In this document: piece by piece, positions 27,516 through 38,950 of the stretch
Numbering within the stretch: position 1 is the first letter of the stretch
How the letters are laid out: each line of letters begins with the position of its first letter
Assembly: GCA_028868715.1 (NCBI GenBank)
Contig: JAGWUB010000002.1
Location: 79,605-143,604 of the forward strand
From: Patescibacteria group bacterium
GTDB lineage: Bacteria > Patescibacteriota > Minisyncoccia > Phycocordibacterales > UBA9973
Direction of reading: 5' to 3'
Length of the DNA: 64,000 nucleotides
Translations under genes and position numbers: made by a program
Notes under the pieces: generated by a model
Seen by the model: the letters and a program-made list of their open reading frames with translations, nothing else
Database searches by the model: none
What the model was told of the DNA's origin: nothing

Positions 27516-29456
27516 ATGAAAATCGTTAACATAATTCCGCTGAAAAAGGGGCTCTTGCAGAACGACCTGACTTATTTCACCACCAAGGAGATTGAAAGTG
27601 GTAGTATTGTTGCTATCATGCTTCGCAATAAAAAAGTTTTAGGTTTGGTCATCTCATGCTTGAATGTATCGGATACCAGAATGAACATAAAGGGTATGGA
27701 CTTTAATCTAAAGAAGATTGTTGAAGTCAAAGAAAAATCAATTTTCTTAAAAGAATACATAGAATCCGTGCTCCTGGTCAGTGAATATTTTGCTTGTAGT
27801 AAAAATAATGCTATCACATCTCTAATACCAGCTATTTTTAGAGAAGAATACGATAAAATTACTTCCACAAAAGCCAGACCTATTGCTAATAGAAAAAAAG
27901 AAAAAAGTATTAAAGCTGAAAAGCTACTCTTGCAAGAGCCATTTGAAAATCGTATTTCAATATATAAAACATTAATTCGTGAAAATTTTGCCAGGAAAAA
28001 ATCAGTTTTTATTGTATTGCCGACTGAAAATGACATTAAGATTTTCGAAGAACAACTTTCTAAGGGAATAGAATCTTTTACCTATGCTTTCCATGGGGGA
28101 CTTAGCCAAAAGAAGATTATTGAAAAATTTAAGGAATTAGTAAATGACGAGCACCCAGTATTGCTTTTGGGTACTGCGCCATTTTTATCTATACCTAGGG
28201 CTGATATGGGAGCCATAGTGTTAGAACATGAGAGCTCTAATAGCTATAAAATGATAGCCAGACCTCATATTGATCTACGAATTTTTGTGGAACTTTTTGC
28301 TTCAAAAATCAATGCGAAGTTTATATTAAGCGATACTCTTTTGCGTTTTGAAACCATAGCCAGGCGCGAATTAGATAGATTAATACCAATGCACCCTTTG
28401 TCTTTTAGGATTAACTTTGATGGAGAGATTAAAATTGAAAATCCCAGACCCAGGTCAGAGACTTCGAGTTCTAAATTTAAAATATTTTCTGAAAATAGCA
28501 TAGAAGAGATAAAAAATTCAATTCTAAAAAAGAAGAATGTATTTATCTTTACCCTGCGAAAGGGCCTAGCTACACAAACTTTATGTAGAGACTGTGGTGA
28601 AATAGTAAGTTGTGATAAATGTTTAGCCCCACTGGTGCTTTATAATTCTACCACTGACAAAGGACGATTTTTTGTTTGTAATCGTTGTGGTGAAGAAAAG
28701 AATACAGAAACAGTCTGTAGTCACTGCCATAGTTGGAATTTAGTTCCATTGGGCATTGGTACAGATACTGTATCGGAAGAATTAAATAAAATTTTTCCAA
28801 AAGTTAAAATTTTAAAACTAGACAAGGAAGCTGTGAAAACTAAAAAGGAGGCTGATAAAATTATAAAAGAATTTGAAGAAAACCCTGGCACTATACTTGT
28901 CGGCACCGAAATGGCAACCTATTATCTAAAAAATAAAGTTGACCTATCTATTGTCGCAGCATTTGATTCATTTTGGAGCATACCAAATTTTAAAATGAGT
29001 GAGAAAATAATTCAGCTAATAATTTCCATTATTTCCAATACGCAGGGTAAATTTATTATCCAAACTAAAAACGATCAAGATCCTGCCATTTTAGCAATTC
29101 AATCTAGAAATTTATTGTCTTTTGTACGCACCGAGCTGGAGGATAGAAAAAATCTTTCTTATCCACCCTTTAAACGTTTTATTAAAATTAAACATATTGG
29201 AAATAAGGTAGATACTTTAAAGGCAAAAGAATTACTGGAAAAAACCTTGGTGGATTACAGGCCTATGATTTTTAGCGGATTTATGGCTCAAATAAAAAGT
29301 AGGTACATTACCAATGCCTTGATAAAACTAGAAAATAACTACTGGTCATTACCCGAACTATCATCTGACTCTGGCTTGGACAAAAATCTATTAGCGAAAC
29401 TTTTAACACTTCCGCTTTCTTTTGAAGTATTTGTAGATCCAGAAGATTTGTTATAG
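27516..29456 (+). CDS. priA: Primosomal protein N' with degenerate helicase motifs
   Basis: N-terminal 3'-DNA-binding domain, RKG...C..C...C..C...C..C...C..C Zn region, G.GT, YPPF. Confidence 0.8.
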   Translation: MKIVNIIPLKKGLLQNDLTYFTTKEIESGSIVAIMLRNKKVLGLVISCLNVSDTRMNIKGMDFNLKKIVEVKEKSIFLKEYIESVLLVSEYFACSKNNAITSLIPAIFREEYDKITSTKARPIANRKKEKSIKAEKLLLQEPFENRISIYKTLIRENFARKKSVFIVLPTENDIKIFEEQLSKGIESFTYAFHGGLSQKKIIEKFKELVNDEHPVLLLGTAPFLSIPRADMGAIVLEHESSNSYKMIARPHIDLRIFVELFASKINAKFILSDTLLRFETIARRELDRLIPMHPLSFRINFDGEIKIENPRPRSETSSSKFKIFSENSIEEIKNSILKKKNVFIFTLRKGLATQTLCRDCGEIVSCDKCLAPLVLYNSTTDKGRFFVCNRCGEEKNTETVCSHCHSWNLVPLGIGTDTVSEELNKIFPKVKILKLDKEAVKTKKEADKIIKEFEENPGTILVGTEMATYYLKNKVDLSIVAAFDSFWSIPNFKMSEKIIQLIISIISNTQGKFIIQTKNDQDPAILAIQSRNLLSFVRTELEDRKNLSYPPFKRFIKIKHIGNKVDTLKAKELLEKTLVDYRPMIFSGFMAQIKSRYITNALIKLENNYWSLPELSSDSGLDKNLLAKLLTLPLSFEVFVDPEDLL

Positions 29457-29462
29457 AAAAAA

Positions 29463-29825
29463 TTAGGGTAGATTTTCTACATCTATTACCTCCTCTTTCT
29501 TTAAAAATTTATTGATTTTTTTACTCATGGTAATTGTTCTCGTAGAACCAATTACAATTATTAAAATTCCGATTACAATCAATATAATAGCTATATTCTG
29601 GAATGATATATTTCCAGGAGTTAATTTAAATAGAGTTACTCCAATAACTATTACGGTCAAACTAGTACGAATATAAGCTAGGTAAGTAGCCTCATTTGTA
29701 AGTATAGTTCGCTCTATCGCCAAGTAATCACGTAAGATAAGTTCTTTGGCTAAAAATTCTTGGTAAACTCGTGGGTCTATATCTTTATTATTTTTAAAAA
29801 TACCTTTGTAAAAATGAATATTCAT
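29463..29825 (-). CDS. DUF202 (YidH-like) membrane protein
   Basis: RD.LA.ERT...NE.T.LAYIRT. Confidence 0.8.
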   Translation of the reverse strand: MNIHFYKGIFKNNKDIDPRVYQEFLAKELILRDYLAIERTILTNEATYLAYIRTSLTVIVIGVTLFKLTPGNISFQNIAIILIVIGILIIVIGSTRTITMSKKINKFLKKEEVIDVENLP

Positions 29826-29845
29826 AACTTTACTATAGCATAATT

Positions 29846-30544
29846 TTAATAATTTAATGGGGTAACCAATATTGTAAATTCACCCTTTTGTTTTATCGGA
29901 TTTTTGTTCAAATATTCCAACAACTCAGCTGGTGTGCCTGTCTTAAATTCTTCGTAAATTTTTGTCAGTTCTCGGGCAATGCAAACTTTTCTAGTTGGAC
30001 AAAATTTGATAAGTGATTCTAGGGTTTTTAAAATTCTATGTGGAGATTCGTAAAAAATATATGTACGCTTAGCTTCTGCAATCTCTTTAAATAAAGTCTC
30101 TCTACCCTTTTTGTGTGGCAAAAAACCAAGAAAAGTAAACTCATGAGTCGGCAATCCAGAGGCTGAAAGAGCTGTTATGATAGCAGTAGACCCAGGAATA
30201 GGAATCACCTCCACTTCACTATTTACGCCATGGCTGAAATAAGATTTAATCTTTGAAACAAGCATTGCTCCAGGGTCAGAAATACCGGGAGTGCCAGCAT
30301 CTGAGACTAATGCTAAATCTTTCCCCTCTTCTAAAAGTCCAAGGATTTTATCTACTTTTGCGAGCTTACTTTGCGCATGATAGCTCATTGTAGGTTTTTT
30401 TATTTCGTATTTATCTAAAAGTTTTTTAGTAACCCGTGTATCTTCACACAGTATGAGATCAACATTTTTCAATGTTTCAATGGCTCGAAACGTTATGTCT
30501 CCCATGTTTCCTATTGGCGTAGCTACAACGTAAAATTTTGACAT
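29846..30544 (-). CDS. rsmI: 16S rRNA C1402 2'-O-methyltransferase
   Basis: VATPIGN..DIT.RA, EDTR, SDAGTPGISDPG, YESPHR, RELTK. Confidence 0.95.
   Translation of the reverse strand: MSKFYVVATPIGNMGDITFRAIETLKNVDLILCEDTRVTKKLLDKYEIKKPTMSYHAQSKLAKVDKILGLLEEGKDLALVSDAGTPGISDPGAMLVSKIKSYFSHGVNSEVEVIPIPGSTAIITALSASGLPTHEFTFLGFLPHKKGRETLFKEIAEAKRTYIFYESPHRILKTLESLIKFCPTRKVCIARELTKIYEEFKTGTPAELLEYLNKNPIKQKGEFTILVTPLNY
30220..30244 (+). repeat. Dispersed palindrome, copy 3 (inside rsmI, encodes SYFSHGVNS)
   Basis: tatttacgccatggctgaaataaga, identical to 56006..56030. Confidence 0.8.
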
Positions 30545-30551
30545 TGGTTTT

Positions 30552-30998
30552 TTATTTCCTATACTTTTTTGTACGCCACTTATCGGCGATTTTCACTCGA
30601 GTGAGTGAACGTTCTAGTTCGGCCTCAAAATGTTCGAAGTCTACATGCTCCTTATTTTCCATAGCTTTTCGCATTTCTTCAGCTTTGTTTTTTGCTTGTG
30701 CTATTTTTTCATCAGAAATTTCTGAAAGATGTTCAGCGAAATCGGCAAGTATAGCCACTTCGGTAATACCAGTATCACCTTTTTTCACTTCAATAAAACC
30801 ACCGACTACTGCCATAGGCACATACTCACCACCGGTGACAGCCACTACATCTCCAGATGCTAGTCCAGAAATCAAGGGAATATGGTCAGGCAGAATTGTG
30901 ATTTCCCCTTCAGTCGTAGGTAGAGATACTTGGTCTACCATCTCCTCTAATATCAATTTCTCTGGAGTTATTATTTTTAATTTAAGTTGTTTAGTCAT
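30552..30998 (-). CDS. atpC: ATP synthase epsilon subunit
   Basis: ITPE, GEITILPDH, GGFIEV; operon position. Confidence 0.93.
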   Translation of the reverse strand: MTKQLKLKIITPEKLILEEMVDQVSLPTTEGEITILPDHIPLISGLASGDVVAVTGGEYVPMAVVGGFIEVKKGDTGITEVAILADFAEHLSEISDEKIAQAKNKAEEMRKAMENKEHVDFEHFEAELERSLTRVKIADKWRTKKYRK

Positions 30999-31001
30999 AT
31001 T

Positions 31002-32387
<1,386 letters not shown>

Positions 32388-32408
32388 TTAATAATGATTA
32401 ATAATTTT

Positions 32409-33299
32409 CTATTGAACTGAAGCCATGCCGGCACTAATTTCTGAAATTTCTCTGGTAATATTTGCTTGACGAGCTTTATTGAACACCAACGTCAGGTCGT
32501 CTATCATTTCACCCGAGGCGTCAGAAGCATTTTTCATGGCAAGCATTCTACTGGATTGTTCGGATGCATTTGACTCTAGAAACATTTGATAAAGTTGCAT
32601 TCGAGTGATTTTACTAGCGAGCATATCAAGTAAGGTTTCAAAATCTCCTTCAAATAAATAATTTACAGGAGAGTTAACTGATTTTTCTGGTAAAGTCTCG
32701 ATCATTTCGGTGACCTCTTCTTTTGATATTGGCAAAATTTGTTTTATGGTCGGGTTTTGAGCTAGAGCTGAAGAGAAGTATGTATAAATTACGTATACTT
32801 TCTTATAAACCTGACTTTTATATCCATCTGTAATTATTTTTGAAAGTGGAAAGATGTCAGAGATTGAGACATTTACATCTGGCATATCTGTAAAAACTTC
32901 AGTGATGTTTTGATTAATTCTCCTCATAGCTACATCACCTTTTTTACCTACGGTGACAATGTCTACGTCTTTACCTTCTTCTAATTCTTTGAGTTTTAAA
33001 ATAGCTTTTTTGATAACTTGGGAATTGTATCCTCCGCAAAGTCCACGATTGGAAGTGATCAAGACTACCAATGTCTTTCCATTCTCTTGTTTATTGAAAA
33101 ATGGGTTTGCGGAGTCCTTGATATTTGAAGCGACAGACTCGAGAATTTCTGCAGAATATTCTGCGTAAAGACGAGATGCCATAGTGGCTCCTACCGCGCG
33201 CTTCATCTTTGAAGCCGCTACTAGCTCCATGGCCTTGGTGATCTTTTTGGTATTCTTTACACTGATTATTCTTCTTTTAATTTCTTTTGTCCCTGCCAT
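32409..33299 (-). CDS. atpG: ATP synthase gamma subunit
   Basis: KITKAMELVAASK, RGLCG, RQANIT.EI. Confidence 0.96.
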   Translation of the reverse strand: MAGTKEIKRRIISVKNTKKITKAMELVAASKMKRAVGATMASRLYAEYSAEILESVASNIKDSANPFFNKQENGKTLVVLITSNRGLCGGYNSQVIKKAILKLKELEEGKDVDIVTVGKKGDVAMRRINQNITEVFTDMPDVNVSISDIFPLSKIITDGYKSQVYKKVYVIYTYFSSALAQNPTIKQILPISKEEVTEMIETLPEKSVNSPVNYLFEGDFETLLDMLASKITRMQLYQMFLESNASEQSSRMLAMKNASDASGEMIDDLTLVFNKARQANITREISEISAGMASVQ

Positions 33300-33308
33300 A
33301 AATTTTAT

Positions 33309-34808
33309 TTATTGTGTAAACCCTGATTTAAAATCTTCAATCGCTTTTTTAAGTTCAGCTTCGCCTTTATCTGTCCACATTTTTGAAGTTTGTACTTCTT
33401 TGTAAAATGTTTTAGCATTGCGTACACTGTATTCAATCAATCCATTCTCAAATGCCTTTATTTTTTCAATAGCGACATTGTCCATGTATCCTTTTGTTAG
33501 GGCGTACATGATCACGACTTGGTTTTCTACTTTTATTGGGGAGTATTGTGCTTGTTTCAAGACTTCTATTGCTCTCTTTCCACGCTCGAGTTGGTTTTGA
33601 GTAGCTTCATCAAGGTCAGAGCCGAATTGCGCAAAAGCTTCAAGCTCTCGGAATTGAGCAAGGTCGAGCTTTAAAGTTCCAGCCACTTTTTTCATAGCTT
33701 TGATTTGTGCAGATGATCCCACGCGAGATACCGAAAAGCCCACGTTTACCGCAGGGCGAATTCCTTTGTAGAAAAGATCTGTTTCTAAGAAGATTTGTCC
33801 ATCAGTTATCGAAATAACGTTTGTCGGAATGTAAGCAGAAATATCTCCAGCTTGAGTTTCGATTATTGGAAGCGCAGTAATACTGCCACCACCGTACTTC
33901 TCATTTCTGCGACAAGCACGTTCAAGTAAACGAGAGTGTAAGTAGAAAACATCTCCTGGGTATGCTTCACGGCCTGGTGGTCGGCGAAGAAGCAAAGAAA
34001 TTTCTCGATAAGCTACAGCGTGCTTGGAAAGATCGTCGTAAATTATCAATACATCTTTGCCTTGATCCATGAAATATTCAGCTATAGAAACACCAGTATA
34101 AGGTGCAATGTATGACATAGGTGCCGGTTCTGAAGCTCCAGCTGATACAATGACAGTATATGCCATAGCACCACCTTCTTCGAGCCTGGCCTCAATCTTG
34201 CGAAGTTTGGAATCCTTTTGTCCGATGGACACATAAACACAAATCATGTTTTGCCCTTTTTGATTTAAAATAGCATCGATAGCAATAGCTGTCTTTCCAG
34301 TCTGTCGGTCACCAATGATGAGCTCACGCTGACCACGACCAATAGGGATAATTGCATCGATTACTTTTATTCCAGTAGACACTGGCTGATCCACACCCTG
34401 GCGAGTAATAACTCCAGAAGCTACACGTTCGACAGGATAAGTCTTTTCACTCTTGAATACACCTTTGCCATCAATCGACTCACCCAAAGCACTCACTACT
34501 CGGCCTAAAATACTATCACTTACTGGAATTTCCAAGATTCTGCCCGTAGCCTTGACCTCGTCCCCTTCCTTTATTTTTGAAAATTCTCCTAAAATGATGA
34601 CACCCACTGTGTCTTCTTCGAGGTTTAATGCCACACCCGTAACACCATTTGGAAAAGTGACCATTTCAGATGATTTAATATCAGACAAGCCAGAAACTTT
34701 AGCGATACCATCAAAAACTTCTATGACGTGGCCGACTTTTTCTGTCTGCGTGGCGACTTTGAAGGATTCTATTTCTTTTCTTAAATTTTCTACAATATTG
34801 TTTGACAT
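33309..34808 (-). CDS. atpA: ATP synthase alpha subunit
   Basis: [21 protein letters not shown]. Confidence 0.98.
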   Translation of the reverse strand: MSNNIVENLRKEIESFKVATQTEKVGHVIEVFDGIAKVSGLSDIKSSEMVTFPNGVTGVALNLEEDTVGVIILGEFSKIKEGDEVKATGRILEIPVSDSILGRVVSALGESIDGKGVFKSEKTYPVERVASGVITRQGVDQPVSTGIKVIDAIIPIGRGQRELIIGDRQTGKTAIAIDAILNQKGQNMICVYVSIGQKDSKLRKIEARLEEGGAMAYTVIVSAGASEPAPMSYIAPYTGVSIAEYFMDQGKDVLIIYDDLSKHAVAYREISLLLRRPPGREAYPGDVFYLHSRLLERACRRNEKYGGGSITALPIIETQAGDISAYIPTNVISITDGQIFLETDLFYKGIRPAVNVGFSVSRVGSSAQIKAMKKVAGTLKLDLAQFRELEAFAQFGSDLDEATQNQLERGKRAIEVLKQAQYSPIKVENQVVIMYALTKGYMDNVAIEKIKAFENGLIEYSVRNAKTFYKEVQTSKMWTDKGEAELKKAIEDFKSGFTQ

Positions 34809-34817
34809 ATCCTTTGT

Positions 34818-35228
34818 TTAATTATTGCGTATTAAAAAATTTTCTAATTTACTGAGCTTGTTTTTATATGTACTATCTGTAACTTCATCGCCCACTTCGA
34901 TCCTAATGCCTCCGAGTAATTCACTTTTTTCAAAAAAAACACTCTCAACTCTCTCTGCTTTGTATTTTTCTTTGATTTGATGTTCCAGATTTTTCCGTTG
35001 TTCGTTGGTCAGTGGTTTTGCTGAAGTAATATTTGCTCGGATTGTATTATTTTTTTTATCAATGATATCTTGGAGAGCTTTTAGTATGTTTTCTGAGTGT
35101 CCGATCATTCTCTTGTTTGAAATCATCTTAGCTCCATTTTTGAGGATGATCGAAAGGTCATTTCCATGTTTACCCTCTGACGCGATGTATATGGCTTCAG
35201 CTATGTTTTTTGCAGAAATTTTTGCCAT
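34818..35228 (-). CDS. atpH: ATP synthase delta subunit (short)
   Basis: TSA..L, LLGGI.I..GD...D; operon position. Confidence 0.8.
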   Translation of the reverse strand: MAKISAKNIAEAIYIASEGKHGNDLSIILKNGAKMISNKRMIGHSENILKALQDIIDKKNNTIRANITSAKPLTNEQRKNLEHQIKEKYKAERVESVFFEKSELLGGIRIEVGDEVTDSTYKNKLSKLENFLIRNN

Positions 35229-35229
35229 A

Positions 35230-35676
35230 TTACTTTTTTTCTTCGATTATCTTTTGTGCTGCTAATATAGCCAAACTTGCGAGCTCCCGCTTGGCATCAT
35301 TTACCATCTTTGCTTTTTCTGCTTCAAGGACAATCTTCCCATTTTCTATCATCGTGGAGACTTCAGCCCTAGCGTCATTTAACATAGTTTCTTTTTTGAC
35401 CAGGGCTTCTTTTTTGCCTTCCTCGAAAACTTTTTGCGCCTCTATGCGAGCTTTGCTCAAAGCATCTGCATATTCTCTTTTAGTTTGCTCAAGTAAAATA
35501 GCATTTGTTTTTGCATCGTTTAGACCTGTCTCTATCTCAGCTGTTCTGTCTTTGATAAGATTGCGGAGTGGTTTTGCTGCTAGAAAATACAGCGCCACAA
35601 AAACCAGCCCGAAATTTATCATTTGAGCAATCATCAACCTCCAGTCTATGTGAAATGTATTGATGAAATCTTGCAT
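35230..35676 (-). CDS. atpF: ATP synthase F0 subunit b
   Basis: Q.INF TM, KPL, coiled coil. Confidence 0.9.
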   Translation of the reverse strand: MQDFINTFHIDWRLMIAQMINFGLVFVALYFLAAKPLRNLIKDRTAEIETGLNDAKTNAILLEQTKREYADALSKARIEAQKVFEEGKKEALVKKETMLNDARAEVSTMIENGKIVLEAEKAKMVNDAKRELASLAILAAQKIIEEKK

Positions 35677-35686
35677 TATTTTTAAA

Positions 35687-35944
<258 letters not shown>

Positions 35945-35983
35945 CTAATAATTAATTTTAATAACTTCGACTACTTTATAATT

Positions 35984-36859
35984 TTAAACGCTGGCCAATT
36001 GTTTCTCGCTGTGCTCCTCTTCATGCTCTGAATGATCTTGTGCCGCTATCGTAAAGTAAACGCTAGCAAGTAAAGAAAATATCAAAGCTTGAATTAGCCC
36101 CACAAAGACTTCGAGGAATAAAAACGGCCCCGGCAAAACATACAAGAATATTGCCCCCATTGAAGCGAGCAACACTTCTCCCGCGAACACGTTTCCAAAA
36201 AGTCGGAATGACAGTGATGCAACTTTTGCAAACTCTCCTAAAAGCTCGAGTACTCCTACGAAAAAAGATATAGGCGATACGATTACTATCGACTTGTCAT
36301 GCTTTACTTTGGTGAAAATATCCCCAAGTGCCTTAAGATTAACATATTTGTTAAAAATTTTCCATACTCCAATTGTGAGAATTCCAAAGATATTTGAGGC
36401 AATGACTATCATAATACTGAGGGCTAGAGTCATATTTATGTCTGCTGTGCCAGAACGGAAAAGTGGGACAAATACTGTGTGGCCTTCTTCTAAAACATTG
36501 AATCCGACAGATCCGACGAAGGGCAAAAGTCCAAGCCAGTTGTTTACTAAAATAAACATAAATAATGAAAATACTATTGGGAAAATTTTATCGGTAATTT
36601 TTCTGTCATTTGTTACTTGATCTACTAGACCCATAGCACCCTCTAAGACTAATTCAAATATATTCTGTAATTTGTTTGGGATTTTTTGTATTTTTAAACG
36701 GATAGCTAAAGATATAGCAACGATAACTAAAAGTGCGAGCCATGAAGTGAGAAGTGAGTTTGTGATCTGCAATCCTCCGACATTGAAAATCGGTTCAGCA
36801 AAAATTGTGACTTCATGTGTGGGTTGCTGTATATTTAATTGTGTACTATTATTCTCCAT
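35984..36859 (-). CDS. atpB: ATP synthase F0 subunit a
   Basis: SLSFRLFGN.FAGE, IQALIF..L. Confidence 0.95.
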   Translation of the reverse strand: MENNSTQLNIQQPTHEVTIFAEPIFNVGGLQITNSLLTSWLALLVIVAISLAIRLKIQKIPNKLQNIFELVLEGAMGLVDQVTNDRKITDKIFPIVFSLFMFILVNNWLGLLPFVGSVGFNVLEEGHTVFVPLFRSGTADINMTLALSIMIVIASNIFGILTIGVWKIFNKYVNLKALGDIFTKVKHDKSIVIVSPISFFVGVLELLGEFAKVASLSFRLFGNVFAGEVLLASMGAIFLYVLPGPFLFLEVFVGLIQALIFSLLASVYFTIAAQDHSEHEEEHSEKQLASV

Positions 36860-36860
36860 T

Positions 36861-37082
36861 TTATTCTTGCCCGTCCTTTGGCGTGGTTAAAGTTTTTCTG
36901 TAATCCTTTACTTCTTTGTAAATTCCAAAACATGTGATCCCAAAACTAACTAAAATCAATCCTGAAAATAAAGAAGGAAATACATATTTACCTAAAACTA
37001 AGGCTAAAACCAGTGGCCCTAAAATCCATGAAGTGGTTTTTGCGTAAAATATATAAACGTATTTAAACTCATTATTTTTCAT
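36861..37082 (-). CDS. AtpZ/AtpI-like protein (true start at ATG 37082)
   Basis: Two TM helices, first gene of the atp operon; the track's upstream extension lies inside tRNA-Ile. Confidence 0.6.
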   Translation of the reverse strand: MKNNEFKYVYIFYAKTTSWILGPLVLALVLGKYVFPSLFSGLILVSFGITCFGIYKEVKDYRKTLTTPKDGQE

Positions 37083-37085
37083 AGG

Positions 37086-37157
37086 TGAGCGTGGATGGAA
37101 TCGGACCATCGACCTCTGTCTTATCAGGACAGCGTTCTACCACTGAACTACACGCTC
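37086..37157 (-). tRNA. tRNA-Ile(GAT) with atypical T-loop
   Basis: GAGCGTG..CTGTC-CTGATAA-GACAG..GATGG-TCCGATT-CCATC-CACGCTC-A. Confidence 0.88.
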
Positions 37158-37276
37158 AAACAAAACAAACGCCCTTTAATACAAGGGTCATATAGAATAT
37201 ATCAAAAATAACACCTATAAGCAAACAAAAAATCGCCCTTTCGAGCGATCATTTGTTTTTGAGAAATTAATTTTGA

Positions 37277-37591
37277 TTAGTATTCTCGGCGTCCGCCTCC
37301 ATTGCCATATCCGCCATTACCACCTGTGCGTGGTGGACGAGCTTCCATTGGGCGTGCTTCGTTGACAGTAAGTTTGCGTCCTTCGAAATCTTGATCGTTG
37401 AACATTGAAATAGCTTTTGTAGCTTCTTCCTGTGTTGACATTTCTACGAATCCAAAACCTTTTGAACGACCAGACATCTTGTCCATGATAATCACAGCGG
37501 AAACAACGTTTCCAGCCTGTGCGAAAAGCTCTTTGAGAGCGTTTTCTTGTGTACTGTAAGGGAGTCCCCCTACATATAGCTTTGTAGCCAT
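37277..37591 (-). CDS. RRM RNA-binding protein with Gly-rich tail
   Basis: RNP2 LYVGGL, RNP1 KGFGFVEM. Confidence 0.93.
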   Translation of the reverse strand: MATKLYVGGLPYSTQENALKELFAQAGNVVSAVIIMDKMSGRSKGFGFVEMSTQEEATKAISMFNDQDFEGRKLTVNEARPMEARPPRTGGNGGYGNGGGRREY

Positions 37592-37713
37592 ATATTATTT
37601 CTTCTCCGGTTTTTTAAAAAGTCCGGCAAAAACTATTTATAATGTCTGCCTGCGAGGCCAGACGTAGAAATTCTTGTCGCTAAACGAGAAACTACTACCC
37701 AATAAGTCTAGCA
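37592..37713 (-). promoter_or_regulatory. Promoter (TGCTAGACT) and ~105-nt structured 5' leader of the RRM gene
   Basis: -10 at 37705..37713; hairpins at 37642..37665 and 37606..37626. Confidence 0.5.
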
Positions 37714-37733
37714 TATGGCTAAATAAAAGCAAT

Positions 37734-38699
37734 TTACTCTTCCTCGTCGCCTGTTTCTCCTGAATCAATAGCATCTATTATGTCGCCGATATCCCCTTCC
37801 ATTATTTTTGGCAAATTGTGCCAAGATTTTTTAATGCGGTGGTCAGTCACTCGGTCTTGGGCATAGTTGTAAGTTCTAATTTTTTCACTTCGATCACCGG
37901 TACCTATCTGACTTTTGCGCTCACCAGCATATTTTTTCGCCTCCTTTTCTTCTTCGAGTTGTTGAAGTTTGGCAGTCAAAATCATCATAGCTTTTTCACG
38001 ATTGGCTAGCTGACTCCTTTCATTCGTAGAGCGAACATCTAGTCCGGTAGGTTTATGAATAATACGTACCGCTGTCTCAACTTTGTTCACATTTTGCCCA
38101 CCTTTACCGCCTGAGCGAGAATATTCCATATCAAACTCCGCGGGATTTATCACAAATGAAATTTTCTTCTTTATTGGAAGCACAGCTACTGATGCCGTAG
38201 AAGTATGCACTCGGCCATTTTTTTCTGTCGCTGGAACTCGCTGCACTCTGTGCACTCCCGTTTCATAACGGAGTTTTTTATAGACATCGCGACCCTTGAT
38301 TTCAAAACTAGCTTCTTTGTAACCATTTAGGTCACTCTTTGATTCATAATTCACATACCATTGCCAACCTTGAGTAAAAGCATACCTTTCGTACATGTGA
38401 GCAAGTTCCCACGCAAAAAGACTGGCTTCGTCTCCACCAGCTCCGGCTCGTACTTCTAAAACAATCTCATTTGGGAATTCTTCCGCATCGCGCTCTTTGT
38501 CTAAAATATCTTGAAGCTGTTTTTCAATTCTTTCTTTTTCTTCTTGAATTGTTTTGAGTTCTTTGCCCGCTAGTTCGTGCAAGCTTTCATCGCTATCTAG
38601 CATTTCACGTACTTGCGCCTCTTCACGCAAAAGTTTCTCCAAGCTTGTGGCTAGGTAGTTTGTATTATGGTTTTTTTTAAGTTCTTCTAGGTCTAACAT
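37734..38699 (-). CDS. prfA: Peptide chain release factor 1
   Basis: RAGAGGDEA, QRVPATE (PxT), GGQNVNK. Confidence 0.93.
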   Translation of the reverse strand: MLDLEELKKNHNTNYLATSLEKLLREEAQVREMLDSDESLHELAGKELKTIQEEKERIEKQLQDILDKERDAEEFPNEIVLEVRAGAGGDEASLFAWELAHMYERYAFTQGWQWYVNYESKSDLNGYKEASFEIKGRDVYKKLRYETGVHRVQRVPATEKNGRVHTSTASVAVLPIKKKISFVINPAEFDMEYSRSGGKGGQNVNKVETAVRIIHKPTGLDVRSTNERSQLANREKAMMILTAKLQQLEEEKEAKKYAGERKSQIGTGDRSEKIRTYNYAQDRVTDHRIKKSWHNLPKIMEGDIGDIIDAIDSGETGDEEE

Positions 38700-38921
38700 T
38701 TACTTCTTCTTAGCTTTTGAAGAAAGTGCGGCTCGTTTTTTGAAACGTTCTACGCGTCCAGCGGTGTCCATTATCTTTTCATTACCAGTATAAAAAGGAT
38801 GGCACTGACTACAGATTTCAACTTTTATTTCAGGAATAGTAGAACCAACCATAAAAACCGCACCGCAGGCGCAGGTAGCTTTGGTTGTTAAATTATATTT
38901 AGGATGTATATCTTTTTTCAT
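38700..38921 (-). CDS. rpmE: 50S ribosomal protein L31
   Basis: [28 protein letters not shown]. Confidence 0.96.
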   Translation of the reverse strand: MKKDIHPKYNLTTKATCACGAVFMVGSTIPEIKVEICSQCHPFYTGNEKIMDTAGRVERFKKRAALSSKAKKK

Positions 38922-38950
38922 TGCAACTTGATATTATCACAAATTTAAGT

